DNA of 24,298 nucleotides, from positions 1-24,298 of IMG/VR virus record IMGVR_UViG_3300012041_000063, one strand, 5' to 3'. The notes beneath the pieces are model-generated. The model ran no database searches. It was not told the DNA's origin and was given only the letters and a program-made list of their open reading frames with translations. Shown piece after piece: positions 8,244 through 16,265 of the stretch (its first letter is position 1; the number at the start of each line of letters is the position of its first letter). The position numbers and the translations under genes are program-made. The DNA is from a virus. Its lineage: Duplodnaviria; Caudoviricetes.

Positions 8244-8840
8244 ATGGGTATATTCAGCTTGTCCCTAACTGCCGGGGTTCTGGCGATGGTAGGCGCGGTA
8301 CTGTACTGGCAGCACTCGCTAACCGAACCGGAACCCGTAGAACCAATAGCACTCGCACTACTGATAGACAGTAGCGAGATAATCAGTACAGCGCACAGAC
8401 TCAGTACCGAGGTACACGCGCCTACGCCAGTTACACCAACAGCGACGCCTACGGCTACTCCGATACCGCCAACAGCTACGCCAGTACCGTTACCGACCGC
8501 TACGCCAGTGCCGCTACCGCAGCCAAATGTACAGGCAGCGACTTACCACGATGGTACATTACAAGATTGGCTGATAGCGGCAGGGTGGCCGGGGCCGTTA
8601 CTACTCGAAGCAACAGCCGTAGCACTGTGCGAGAGCGGAGGAAGGCCAGACGCCTACAATCAAAGTAGCGGAGTATACGGACTATTCCAATTGTGGGGAG
8701 GATGGTTTACCTACTTCGGGTACGACTTAAACCAGTGGAGTAATCCGGTAGTAAACGCAGCAGTAGCCTATAACACTTACCAGTACGATATACAAAGGGG
8801 TCAAGCACCGTGGCAACAATGGCAGTGCAAGCCGTGGTAA
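8244..8840 (+). CDS. Membrane-anchored lytic transglycosylase (SLT/lysozyme-like fold) with Pro/Thr linker
   Basis: N-terminal hydrophobic helix, PTATP-repeat linker, then VALCESGGRPDAYN..SG.YGLFQ...NPVVN..VA...W..W.C. Confidence 0.88.
   Translation: MGIFSLSLTAGVLAMVGAVLYWQHSLTEPEPVEPIALALLIDSSEIISTAHRLSTEVHAPTPVTPTATPTATPIPPTATPVPLPTATPVPLPQPNVQAATYHDGTLQDWLIAAGWPGPLLLEATAVALCESGGRPDAYNQSSGVYGLFQLWGGWFTYFGYDLNQWSNPVVNAAVAYNTYQYDIQRGQAPWQQWQCKPW
8472..8519 (+). repeat. 24-bp tandem duplication encoding (TATPVPLP)x2
   Basis: acagctacgccagtaccgttaccg / accgctacgccagtgccgctaccg. Confidence 0.8.
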
Positions 8841-9001
8841 CGGAGGATTTATACGTATTCCTAGACACGCTACGCCTATACGCTAAGAGGCACGAAGTAT
8901 GTACAGCGCATATTACTGTCAATGTGAGAGGTACAAAGAACAAGTACGAGGTACACGGTAACGAAGTAGCATGTACCTACTGTGCAGGATACAGAGAGTA
9001 G
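8834..9001 (+). CDS. Small His/Cys protein (HxxC...CxxC)
   Basis: RHEVC...ACTYC. Start uncertain (GTG 8834 or ATG 8810/8819). Confidence 0.55.
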   Translation: MVTEDLYVFLDTLRLYAKRHEVCTAHITVNVRGTKNKYEVHGNEVACTYCAGYRE

Positions 9002-9034
9002 CGCAAGGAGCAGGGGCCGTGATAATCTCTGTAG

Positions 9035-9151
9035 GTGGAAGATATAGCATCATGTATGCTACTCATATGGGTGCTGGTATTTGTACTAGCGCCAGCAATG
9101 ATACTCCTAATGATAATAGCACGAGTGCTATTCGGATGGTTTAGACCATGA
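9035..9151 (+). CDS. Small single-pass membrane protein (38 aa; not in ORF track)
   Basis: (M)EDIASCMLLIWVLVFVLAPAMILLMIIARVLFGWFRP*. ATGA-coupled to the next gene. Confidence 0.55.
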   Translation: MEDIASCMLLIWVLVFVLAPAMILLMIIARVLFGWFRP

Positions 9152-9363
9152 CAAGTAACAATGTAAAGTGTGATTGGGTAGTAAAGTACAGTGGATTTAG
9201 TACGGGCCATCCATGTCGGTATGCTCGCAGGTTTGTTCTAGTGTTGACACCTAAGAACGGTAGCGAGCCACAGTACGTTTGCAGGTATCACGTAGGCCAG
9301 ATGATAACCGAGCTACATACGAGCAAACACCAAACGCAAGCAATCGTAGTAGGACTAGCTTGA
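9148..9363 (+). CDS. Small Zn-finger-like protein (C...C...CxxH)
   Basis: KCDW...HPCRY...YVCRYH. Coupled to neighbours at both ends. Confidence 0.65.
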   Translation: MTSNNVKCDWVVKYSGFSTGHPCRYARRFVLVLTPKNGSEPQYVCRYHVGQMITELHTSKHQTQAIVVGLA

Positions 9364-9609
9364 ATGTACGTAGGCTCGATAGGCCGCAATCCAATAGAGC
9401 CGCTAGGCGCGGTAGTCTTTGGTAACGAAACATGGCGGCTACTCGATATGAACGGTATGACGATGGGCTACGTAGTGAAATGGCCTACTATGTTTGCCTA
9501 CTATCGAGCAGACCTAGACGCAGGGCACGAAAGAGGATGGGCATTAACGTATGAGGAGGCGGTAACAGCTTGCCGGGTTACATGGTTCAAAGATGTAGGT
9601 ATGATATGA
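9364..9609 (+). CDS. Hypothetical protein (81 aa)
   Basis: TGA-ATG junction, AGGA upstream, ATGA overlap downstream. Confidence 0.65.
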   Translation: MYVGSIGRNPIEPLGAVVFGNETWRLLDMNGMTMGYVVKWPTMFAYYRADLDAGHERGWALTYEEAVTACRVTWFKDVGMI

Positions 9610-9755
9610 AGTACAAGTGTAAGAAGTGTAAGGTAGTGCGGGTACCGATGGTAGATATGCAGTGCTTAGACTGTACAGGTAAGAGCGTAGAGGAATGGGC
9701 CACCGCGCGAGCTAAGGCACCAAGGCCAAAGGGGGCTAGGCGTACCCATGCTTAG
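9606..9755 (+). CDS. Small basic Zn-ribbon protein (49 aa)
   Basis: MKYKCKKC...QCLDC plus a basic tail. ATGA overlap with AGGT upstream. Confidence 0.6.
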   Translation: MKYKCKKCKVVRVPMVDMQCLDCTGKSVEEWATARAKAPRPKGARRTHA

Positions 9756-9757
9756 CG

Positions 9758-9826
9758 TGTTAGCCTACCGATGCCCTAGCCAAACCGGGCACCGGGCCGC
9801 TAGTCAGTGAGAGTGGCAAGCGGCCC
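9758..9826 (+). promoter_or_regulatory. Putative extended -10 promoter (TG-T-TAGCCT) and 5' leader hairpin
   Basis: TGnTAnnnT at 9758-9766. Hairpin GGGCCGCT...AGCGGCCC (9794-9826) with an inner GTCA/TGGC stem and possible GAGA tetraloop. Confidence 0.45.
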
Positions 9827-9849
9827 AACACTCTAGGAGGAAATCTACA

Positions 9850-10041
9850 ATGACTCAGCCAACTACAGAGGAAAACGAAGACCCTACCCGTAGGGAGGAA
9901 CGGCAGGAGGAGCGAGCCGAGGAAGATTCGCCAGAGGCGGAAGGCGAGACAGGCTACGGAACCGGAGAAGGCGCAGTAGTGCCGGAGACCGAGGAAGAAG
10001 CCGAGGTAGGCGACGCAGAAGAAGCCGCAACGGACGACTAG
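9850..10041 (+). CDS. Highly acidic small protein (63 aa)
   Basis: Perfect AGGAGG RBS. 25 of 63 residues are Asp/Glu, with no Lys. Confidence 0.8.
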   Translation: MTQPTTEENEDPTRREERQEERAEEDSPEAEGETGYGTGEGAVVPETEEEAEVGDAEEAATDD

Positions 10042-10047
10042 TTAAAG

Positions 10048-10097
10048 GCAGCTAACGGGGGTAGGTGACTAAGCTGTAAGCCTACTCCCCTAGCTGT
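10048..10097 (+). other. Intergenic stem-loop upstream of terS
   Basis: GCAGCTA..GGGGGTAGG / CCTACTCCCC TAGCTGT pairing. No clear U-tract. Confidence 0.6.
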
Positions 10098-10115
10098 ATA
10101 TAAGGGGTAATACAT

Positions 10116-10736
10116 ATGCCTACTACTGCCGAAGAACGAGCGGAAATACAGAAACTAGAGTACAAGCCTAGCGGTAACAAGTCGCCACTAGGTAAGACTA
10201 CAGACGATATACCGCACGCGGCAGAGTGGGAGTACGACAACCTAATGATAGCCGATATGAAAGTAAAGGGCTATACATGGGATGAAATAGCGCAGAAAGT
10301 CCACCTAGACCCGGATACCGTCTACAAAAAGTGGATGAGTATTAAGAGCCACTGGCGCAAGCGACGCCTAGCAATCGTAGACGAATATTTTGATATCGAG
10401 CTAAACAAGCTACAGGCGTTAGAGGATGAATACTGGCGCAGCTATCGAGCTAGTATAAATGTCATACACTACGAATTAAATAGCGAGGATGGTTTAGTAC
10501 AGGCTAAAGAGGGCATACTAAACCCCGGAGACCCGCGCTACCTTGATGGCGTACTAAAGTGCATGGGTGACAGAGCAAAGCGACTAGGACTATACAAGAC
10601 AGAAAAGGCAGTAGGCGAGCTAGCAGACACCGTGCGTACTGTGTTAGAACTTCCAACAGGGGAGGATAATGCACGAACTATTAGTGCCATTGCCGATGCA
10701 ATCGAACACATACGCAGCACTGAAAACGCCAACTAA
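10116..10736 (+). CDS. terS: Terminase small subunit (HTH-containing)
   Basis: KGYTWDEIAQKV...TVYK HTH, EL.KL..LE..YW helix, GDPRYL..VLKCM..RAKRLGL. Directly precedes TerL. Confidence 0.8.
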   Translation: MPTTAEERAEIQKLEYKPSGNKSPLGKTTDDIPHAAEWEYDNLMIADMKVKGYTWDEIAQKVHLDPDTVYKKWMSIKSHWRKRRLAIVDEYFDIELNKLQALEDEYWRSYRASINVIHYELNSEDGLVQAKEGILNPGDPRYLDGVLKCMGDRAKRLGLYKTEKAVGELADTVRTVLELPTGEDNARTISAIADAIEHIRSTENAN

Positions 10737-12120
10737 TGATGAAGAACTATACGAGGCAGTACGACTACTAACAGGGGTTAAGATACCGAGGGTCAAGGTA
10801 TGCCCCAACCATGTAGCGCCGTTTACAGCGTTTGCAGATTCGTTTTTTGCGAGACACAGTACAAGCGTATGGTACGCTAGTAGAGGTTTCGGCGGGAAGA
10901 CGTACATGCTTGCGCTACTCGGATACGTAGAAGCTCTACTACTGGCAGCGCGAGTTAACATACTAGGCGGCAGCGGTAAGCAGAGCGAGAACGTTATCCA
11001 GTATCACGATAGCTGGTGGAGTTTGCCGCAGGCACCCGTAGCAATCATCCGGGGTAGACGGCAGATTACTTCCACTAAGTTTCTAACAGATGCCTACATA
11101 TACACGCTCAAGGCATCGCAGAGAAGTATTCGAGGGCCGCACCCGGAACGCCTACTACTTGACGAACTAGACGAGATAGATATAGGGCTATTTAACGCAG
11201 CGACCGGGCAGACGCAGAGCCATTACCGGGTAGGCCATACTATCAAGGCGCAGCTAACAGCTAGTAGTACATGGCAATACCCGAACGGTACAATGAAATA
11301 TGTAATGGACTTAGCGAACGAGAAAGGGTGGCCGGTTTGGGAATGGTGCTACCGTGAAACGCTAGAGCCGCACGGATGGTTAACACGCGAGGAACTAGAG
11401 AGTAAGAAGCACGATACACCTAGTCTAATGTGGGAGACGGAGTACGAGCTACAAGAGCCAAACGCAGGCGTACTAGCACTTGATACACTATCTGTAGACG
11501 GCATGTTTGGAGTTACAGGGGATGGGCAGTACGAGAAGTACGAAGGCAAGGTAGACGAGTACCTAGAGTTTGAGCTACCGCAGGCGGGCGGTAGGTATGT
11601 TACTGGCGCGGATTGGGCGCGTAAGGTTGACAAAACAGCGATTGCTACACTACGGATAGACTGTACGCCAGCGCGACTAGTGGCCTTTGAGCAAATGAAT
11701 AGGCGCACATGGGATTATATGATAGGCCGCTTAGAAACTCGGCTACTGCGTTACGGCGGGGTAGGTAATCACGATGCGACCGGACTAGGCGACATAGTAG
11801 CGGAGAGGCTACAGGGTAACGCGGAGCTACGAAAGTCTAAAGTTAAGGTACTGGATACTATACTAGTAGGCAAACACCGTAGCGATATGATTAGCTCCTA
11901 CGTTAGCGCGATAGAGAGCGGAGACATAACTAGCCCGTTTATCACATATCTGTACAACCAACACAGGTACGCGAGCCGCGATGATTTGTACGGGGCCAGA
12001 GATGAGGGGCACCTACCGGACGGATTTTGTAGCGTAGCTCTAGCATGGGCGGGCCGGAATGAGCTACCATCGGCACGGAACTTTACCCCGGTAAGTGTGA
12101 CAGGCGGTACCAGATGGTAG
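10669..12120 (+). CDS. terL: Terminase large subunit
   Basis: Walker A-like SRGFGGKT, Walker B LLLDELDE, coupling motif ASST, nuclease motifs GADWARKVDKT, DATGLG, HLPDGFCSVALA. Confidence 0.92.
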   Translation: MHELLVPLPMQSNTYAALKTPTNDEELYEAVRLLTGVKIPRVKVCPNHVAPFTAFADSFFARHSTSVWYASRGFGGKTYMLALLGYVEALLLAARVNILGGSGKQSENVIQYHDSWWSLPQAPVAIIRGRRQITSTKFLTDAYIYTLKASQRSIRGPHPERLLLDELDEIDIGLFNAATGQTQSHYRVGHTIKAQLTASSTWQYPNGTMKYVMDLANEKGWPVWEWCYRETLEPHGWLTREELESKKHDTPSLMWETEYELQEPNAGVLALDTLSVDGMFGVTGDGQYEKYEGKVDEYLEFELPQAGGRYVTGADWARKVDKTAIATLRIDCTPARLVAFEQMNRRTWDYMIGRLETRLLRYGGVGNHDATGLGDIVAERLQGNAELRKSKVKVLDTILVGKHRSDMISSYVSAIESGDITSPFITYLYNQHRYASRDDLYGARDEGHLPDGFCSVALAWAGRNELPSARNFTPVSVTGGTRW

Positions 12121-13397
12121 TAAAAGACCTAAAAGCAATTGGTACTAGTGGACTAAATCAGCAGAGTGGACACATACAGGACGACCCGCTACGCGAACTA
12201 TGGGGGCAGAGAGGCGCTACCGAGTATCGCAGAATGAGCGAGGATGCGGTACCGTCTGCTATATTGTTCGCTATCGAGATGGTATGTAGGCGAGTAAGCT
12301 GGCGCATAGAACCTAATCCTAACTTTGTAGATGATGCAGACGCGATTAAGTACGCGCAGTTTGTAGACGAGTGCCTACATGATATGTCTAGCGATTGGGA
12401 GGAGACACTATCAGAGGTACTAACGTTCCTTACTTACGGCTTTGCGCCTCTTAATGTAGTGTACAAGATGCGGACAGGATGGAAAGAGGATGGTAGCCGT
12501 AGTACGTATAACGATGGGTTAATAGGTTGGCGCAAGTGGAGTTTACGCGCACAAGAGACGGTAGATAGCTGGAAGTTTGACGAGAACGGCGGGGTAGAGG
12601 GGTTAGTACAGGTAGCACCGCCAGACTATAAAAGATACGACATACCAATAGAGAGCCTACTACTGTTTAGGACGACTGCCCGCAAGGGTAATCCAGAGGG
12701 GCGCAGCATTCTACGCGGTGGCTATAGAGCGTTTGTGTATAAGACGCGAATAGAAAAGATAGAAGGCATCGGTATAGAGCGAGACCTAGCCGGACTGCCG
12801 GTAGCATGGGTACCGCCAGAGATTCTATCAGGGGAAGCTACTAGCGACGATGTACAGATACGTACCGCTATTACAGAAATCGTTACTAACATACGTAGAG
12901 ATGAGCAAGAGGGCATCATATTTCCACTGTCCTACGATGAGAATGGAAACAAGCAGTACGAGCTAACGCTACTCAGTACAGGCGGTACCCGGCAGTTTAA
13001 TACAGATGCTATCATTAACAGGTATCACCAACTCATAGCTATGACGGTACTAGCAGACTTTATCCTACTCGGCCATGAGTCGGTAGGTAGCTTTGCGCTG
13101 GCGAGTAGTAAGACGAATCTATTTAGCTATGCGCTAGGCAGTTTCCTAGATATGATTGCAGGGATAATCAACAGACACGCTATTACTCGGCTAGTACAGG
13201 TGAACGGATGGAGTGTAGAGAAGTCGCCAATTATTACGCATGGCGATATTGAGAGTATCAACCTATCGGAGCTAGCGGAGTACCTTACCGCGCTAACAGG
13301 CGCGAACATCGTACTAGACGAAAAGGCGACAGAGTACCTACTAGACCAAGCGAACATACCGCACGATAAGATAGCAGAAGATGACGGTACAATTTAA
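12114..13397 (+). CDS. Portal protein (DUF935/Mu gp29-like)
   Basis: Follows TerL. GNPEGRSILR..Y, GIERDLAGLP, GSFALA motifs. Confidence 0.9.
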   Translation: MVVKDLKAIGTSGLNQQSGHIQDDPLRELWGQRGATEYRRMSEDAVPSAILFAIEMVCRRVSWRIEPNPNFVDDADAIKYAQFVDECLHDMSSDWEETLSEVLTFLTYGFAPLNVVYKMRTGWKEDGSRSTYNDGLIGWRKWSLRAQETVDSWKFDENGGVEGLVQVAPPDYKRYDIPIESLLLFRTTARKGNPEGRSILRGGYRAFVYKTRIEKIEGIGIERDLAGLPVAWVPPEILSGEATSDDVQIRTAITEIVTNIRRDEQEGIIFPLSYDENGNKQYELTLLSTGGTRQFNTDAIINRYHQLIAMTVLADFILLGHESVGSFALASSKTNLFSYALGSFLDMIAGIINRHAITRLVQVNGWSVEKSPIITHGDIESINLSELAEYLTALTGANIVLDEKATEYLLDQANIPHDKIAEDDGTI

Positions 13398-14253
13398 GAC
13401 TAGGCAGAATACGCGGTACCGACCTAAGTTTACCTACGTAGACCCGCAAGAGTACAAGGAGATACTTAAGGCGGCAGATGCAGAGGTAGAGAACGTACTA
13501 GATGCGTTTAAGAAGGCACGGCCTAACACTGGTACGATTAACCGCAACCATGTACGCAAGGTAATCAAGGACTACCAGACTACGGTATTTGACTCGCTAA
13601 TGCCAATCCTAGAGCGTATCGCACTGGTAGGAGCGCGAGAGGCAGCGAGGAAAGCAAAGATACCGATTAAGTTTGCAGATGTTACTACTAGCTTTGATAA
13701 GGTACGGCTAGAGTCCCTACAGGTAGAGCTAGGGAAACTGATAAACGGTATTAGCTTTGCACAGATGGATACTATCGAGAAGCTAATACAGGCGTCTATT
13801 ATGCACGGTATCGAGCCAAAGAATATCGCTAAGCTGGTAGACCTAGCAATTACGGCCCCGGATGCCGGGGTACTCGCGCTAGGCCAGAAGATAGAACAAC
13901 TGCCACCGGGTAGTACAAACTGGCAGACGATACAAGAGACACTAGAAATGTCATTAACGAAGCAAGCTAGTAAACAGGCTATGACGATTGCCCGTACAGA
14001 GACTATGCGAGCAGCGAATACCGGGCAAGCTACGTTTTGGAACGAGGCTAAGAAAGACGGCCTACTAACCAAAGATGCTAAAGTAGTGTACATAGTAACG
14101 CCAGACGATAGGCTATGTGAAGATATATGCGAGCCTATGACCGGAAAGACGCGGAGTATGGATGGACATTTCAAGCTACCAGACGGAGAGCAGATAAAGA
14201 GTCCACCAGCGCACCCTAACTGTAGGTGTACTACTGGTATAGTACGGAGCTAG
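13381..14253 (+). CDS. Minor head morphogenesis protein (Mu F / SPP1 gp7-like)
   Basis: IARTETMRAAN.G, DDRLCEDIC..M.G, PPAHPNCRCT. Confidence 0.92.
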   Translation: MTVQFKTRQNTRYRPKFTYVDPQEYKEILKAADAEVENVLDAFKKARPNTGTINRNHVRKVIKDYQTTVFDSLMPILERIALVGAREAARKAKIPIKFADVTTSFDKVRLESLQVELGKLINGISFAQMDTIEKLIQASIMHGIEPKNIAKLVDLAITAPDAGVLALGQKIEQLPPGSTNWQTIQETLEMSLTKQASKQAMTIARTETMRAANTGQATFWNEAKKDGLLTKDAKVVYIVTPDDRLCEDICEPMTGKTRSMDGHFKLPDGEQIKSPPAHPNCRCTTGIVRS

Positions 14254-14286
14254 TTACTGTCGCTAGTAGGCGAAACGCTAGAGGGG

Positions 14287-14316
14287 TTGACAGGCTTTCC
14301 GGGGTGAGACTAATCT
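14287..14316 (+). promoter_or_regulatory. Sigma70-type promoter TTGACA-N18-TAATCT, probably leaderless
   Basis: Perfect -35 at 14287-14292 and TAnnnT at 14311-14316, 8 nt before ATG 14325. No SD. Confidence 0.6.
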
Positions 14317-14324
14317 AAGCCGCC

Positions 14325-15842
14325 ATGCCAGACGACTTTCAACCAATGACTACCTTTCTGGCGCGACTCCGCGAGCTACTTAAAGGGAAAGTAGATAGCG
14401 AGACATACAGAGCCGTAGAAAATATGGCTAGGGGATATGCAGGCGGTAAGGCTAAGGCGCAGGTAGCGCGACAGATTACCGCTACTATTCGTTCACACGC
14501 AGAGGAGCTAGAGCTACCGCTACCCGAGTACGAAGCGGCAGAGCGAGAGTTTTATGAATCGGTACTAGACTACACGAACGATGTAGAACCCGGATTCGCA
14601 CAGAACGCCAGACTACCTAAAGCAGATGAGCGGGTAAACTTCCGCAAGGCAAACGAGGTAGGCCAGACTTGCGGAGACTGTAAGTTTTACACCTACGGTT
14701 CCTGTCGCATGGTAGAGGGGTCTATTGAACGTACAGATACGTGCGACCTATTCAGCGAGCGCGGCATAGCACTGGCCGAGGGCAAGCTATCGGGCCGGTG
14801 GCTATTCCTAGAGACGCCACAAGCCTACGCAGAAGCGCCGGACTGGATGCCCCTACTACCAAAGGTGGGGAGTCATAAGCACCCGAGGTACGGTACGGTA
14901 GCATTCACTAAAGAACGTAACGCAGGTTTCGTAAAGAACTTTAAGAACAAGGTATACCAAGAACAACTACCAGTAGACGCAGAGCACCAGTTAAAACTAT
15001 CCGGGGCGGTAGGGTGGATTAAAGAGCTACGCCAGAATACAGACGGTAGCGTAGATGCAAAGGTAGATTGGACAGATAGGGGTAAGTCTCTTATTAAGGC
15101 AGGTGGCTATAGGTATGTCTCACCCGAGTTTCTAGAGAGTTTCGTACAGCCGGAATCAGGGAAAACATACGAAGATGTAGTAATCGGCGCAGCTATTACT
15201 ACTAGGCCATTCTTTAAGGAGAGAAGCCTAAGACCATTAGTAGCAAGCGAGCAAGGGTTTAGTATTGCTGGTAGCGATGAAATCCTAGAATCAGCAGACG
15301 AGGAAGTAAAGGGTATGCCTGATAAGACAGAGGAAAACACGGACGACACAGACCGAAAGTTTGCAGAGATGCAGGCAGAGAACGCAGAGCTAAAAGCGTT
15401 CCGAGAAGAAGCTACTAAGATTCAGACTGAACAGTCTGAAAAGATTAGTAAGCTAGAGACAGACGCTAGGACGAAGCGTTTTACTGATGAGGTAATGGGC
15501 CGTTCTAGCGAGTCTGATATTCGCTGGCATGGTGAAGTAGAGAAGCATGTTAAGACGCTAGCCGGACTCGCTACCGCATTCGGAGAGGATGCCGAGGAGT
15601 TTAAGGACTACGTTACGCAGCAGCGCGAGTATGCCACTAAGGTACAATCTAGTGGTATGTTTACCGAAGCTGGTAGCGAGGCAGGCGGCGGGTCTATTGG
15701 TACTGCCTACGCAGAAATCCAAGCCAAAGCTAAGAAGCTAGTAGAAGAAGGCAAATCCCCTACTATCGAGCAAGCATTTGCAGAGGTAGCAGAGCGAGAG
15801 CCGGAGCTAGTAGCGCGGCACTATAACGAGGGGGGCAACTAA
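14325..15842 (+). CDS. Mu gpI-like prohead protease/scaffold with N-terminal extension containing a HiPIP-like four-Cys domain
   Basis: LPVDAEH...AVGWIKEL...VDWTDRG..LI..GGYRYVSPEF...AAITTRPF protease motifs, C-terminal coiled coil, and C116-x2-C119-x7-C127-x12-C140. Confidence 0.88.
   Translation: MPDDFQPMTTFLARLRELLKGKVDSETYRAVENMARGYAGGKAKAQVARQITATIRSHAEELELPLPEYEAAEREFYESVLDYTNDVEPGFAQNARLPKADERVNFRKANEVGQTCGDCKFYTYGSCRMVEGSIERTDTCDLFSERGIALAEGKLSGRWLFLETPQAYAEAPDWMPLLPKVGSHKHPRYGTVAFTKERNAGFVKNFKNKVYQEQLPVDAEHQLKLSGAVGWIKELRQNTDGSVDAKVDWTDRGKSLIKAGGYRYVSPEFLESFVQPESGKTYEDVVIGAAITTRPFFKERSLRPLVASEQGFSIAGSDEILESADEEVKGMPDKTEENTDDTDRKFAEMQAENAELKAFREEATKIQTEQSEKISKLETDARTKRFTDEVMGRSSESDIRWHGEVEKHVKTLAGLATAFGEDAEEFKDYVTQQREYATKVQSSGMFTEAGSEAGGGSIGTAYAEIQAKAKKLVEEGKSPTIEQAFAEVAEREPELVARHYNEGGN
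15315..15842 (+). CDS. Putative nested in-frame scaffolding protein (Mu gpZ-like)
   Basis: In-frame ATG (MPDKTEEN) after purine-rich GAGGAAGTAAAGGGT, at the protease/coiled-coil boundary. Confidence 0.5.
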   Translation: MPDKTEENTDDTDRKFAEMQAENAELKAFREEATKIQTEQSEKISKLETDARTKRFTDEVMGRSSESDIRWHGEVEKHVKTLAGLATAFGEDAEEFKDYVTQQREYATKVQSSGMFTEAGSEAGGGSIGTAYAEIQAKAKKLVEEGKSPTIEQAFAEVAEREPELVARHYNEGGN

Positions 15843-16246
15843 TGACAACCGAGGGAATGCAACCCCTTAAGGCCAGTATTCCAGCAGGCGCGGACTTGTC
15901 AGCCGCAGCCAACCAGTACAAGGCCGTTAAGCAGGATGCTAATGGGGATATTGTACTCTGTAGTGCAATTACCGATAGAGCAATCGGTATTCTACAGAAC
16001 ACGCCAGCACTCGGAATACCGGGTGAAGTAATGATTATCGGGGAATCCAAGTATCAAGCGGATGCGGCTATCGCTATCGGAGCTTTGCTAGGCGTATCGG
16101 CAGACGGGCAGTTTGTTACGGTAGCAGCCGGGGCACCTACTCAGCATTGGGTAGGCCGTTCGCGTACTGCACCGGGCGCAGCCGGGGTACTCGGTACCGG
16201 GTGGTTCAACTTTGTAGTGCCTATGCCCGCACTAACGGCCAACTAA
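15842..16246 (+). CDS. Capsid decoration/cement protein (DUF2190-like)
   Basis: 134 aa, Ala/Gly-rich beta protein between scaffold and MCP. AIGILQN, AAIAIGALL..ADG. Confidence 0.8.
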   Translation: MTTEGMQPLKASIPAGADLSAAANQYKAVKQDANGDIVLCSAITDRAIGILQNTPALGIPGEVMIIGESKYQADAAIAIGALLGVSADGQFVTVAAGAPTQHWVGRSRTAPGAAGVLGTGWFNFVVPMPALTAN

Positions 16247-16265
16247 GGAGAGGTAGCTACAAAAG

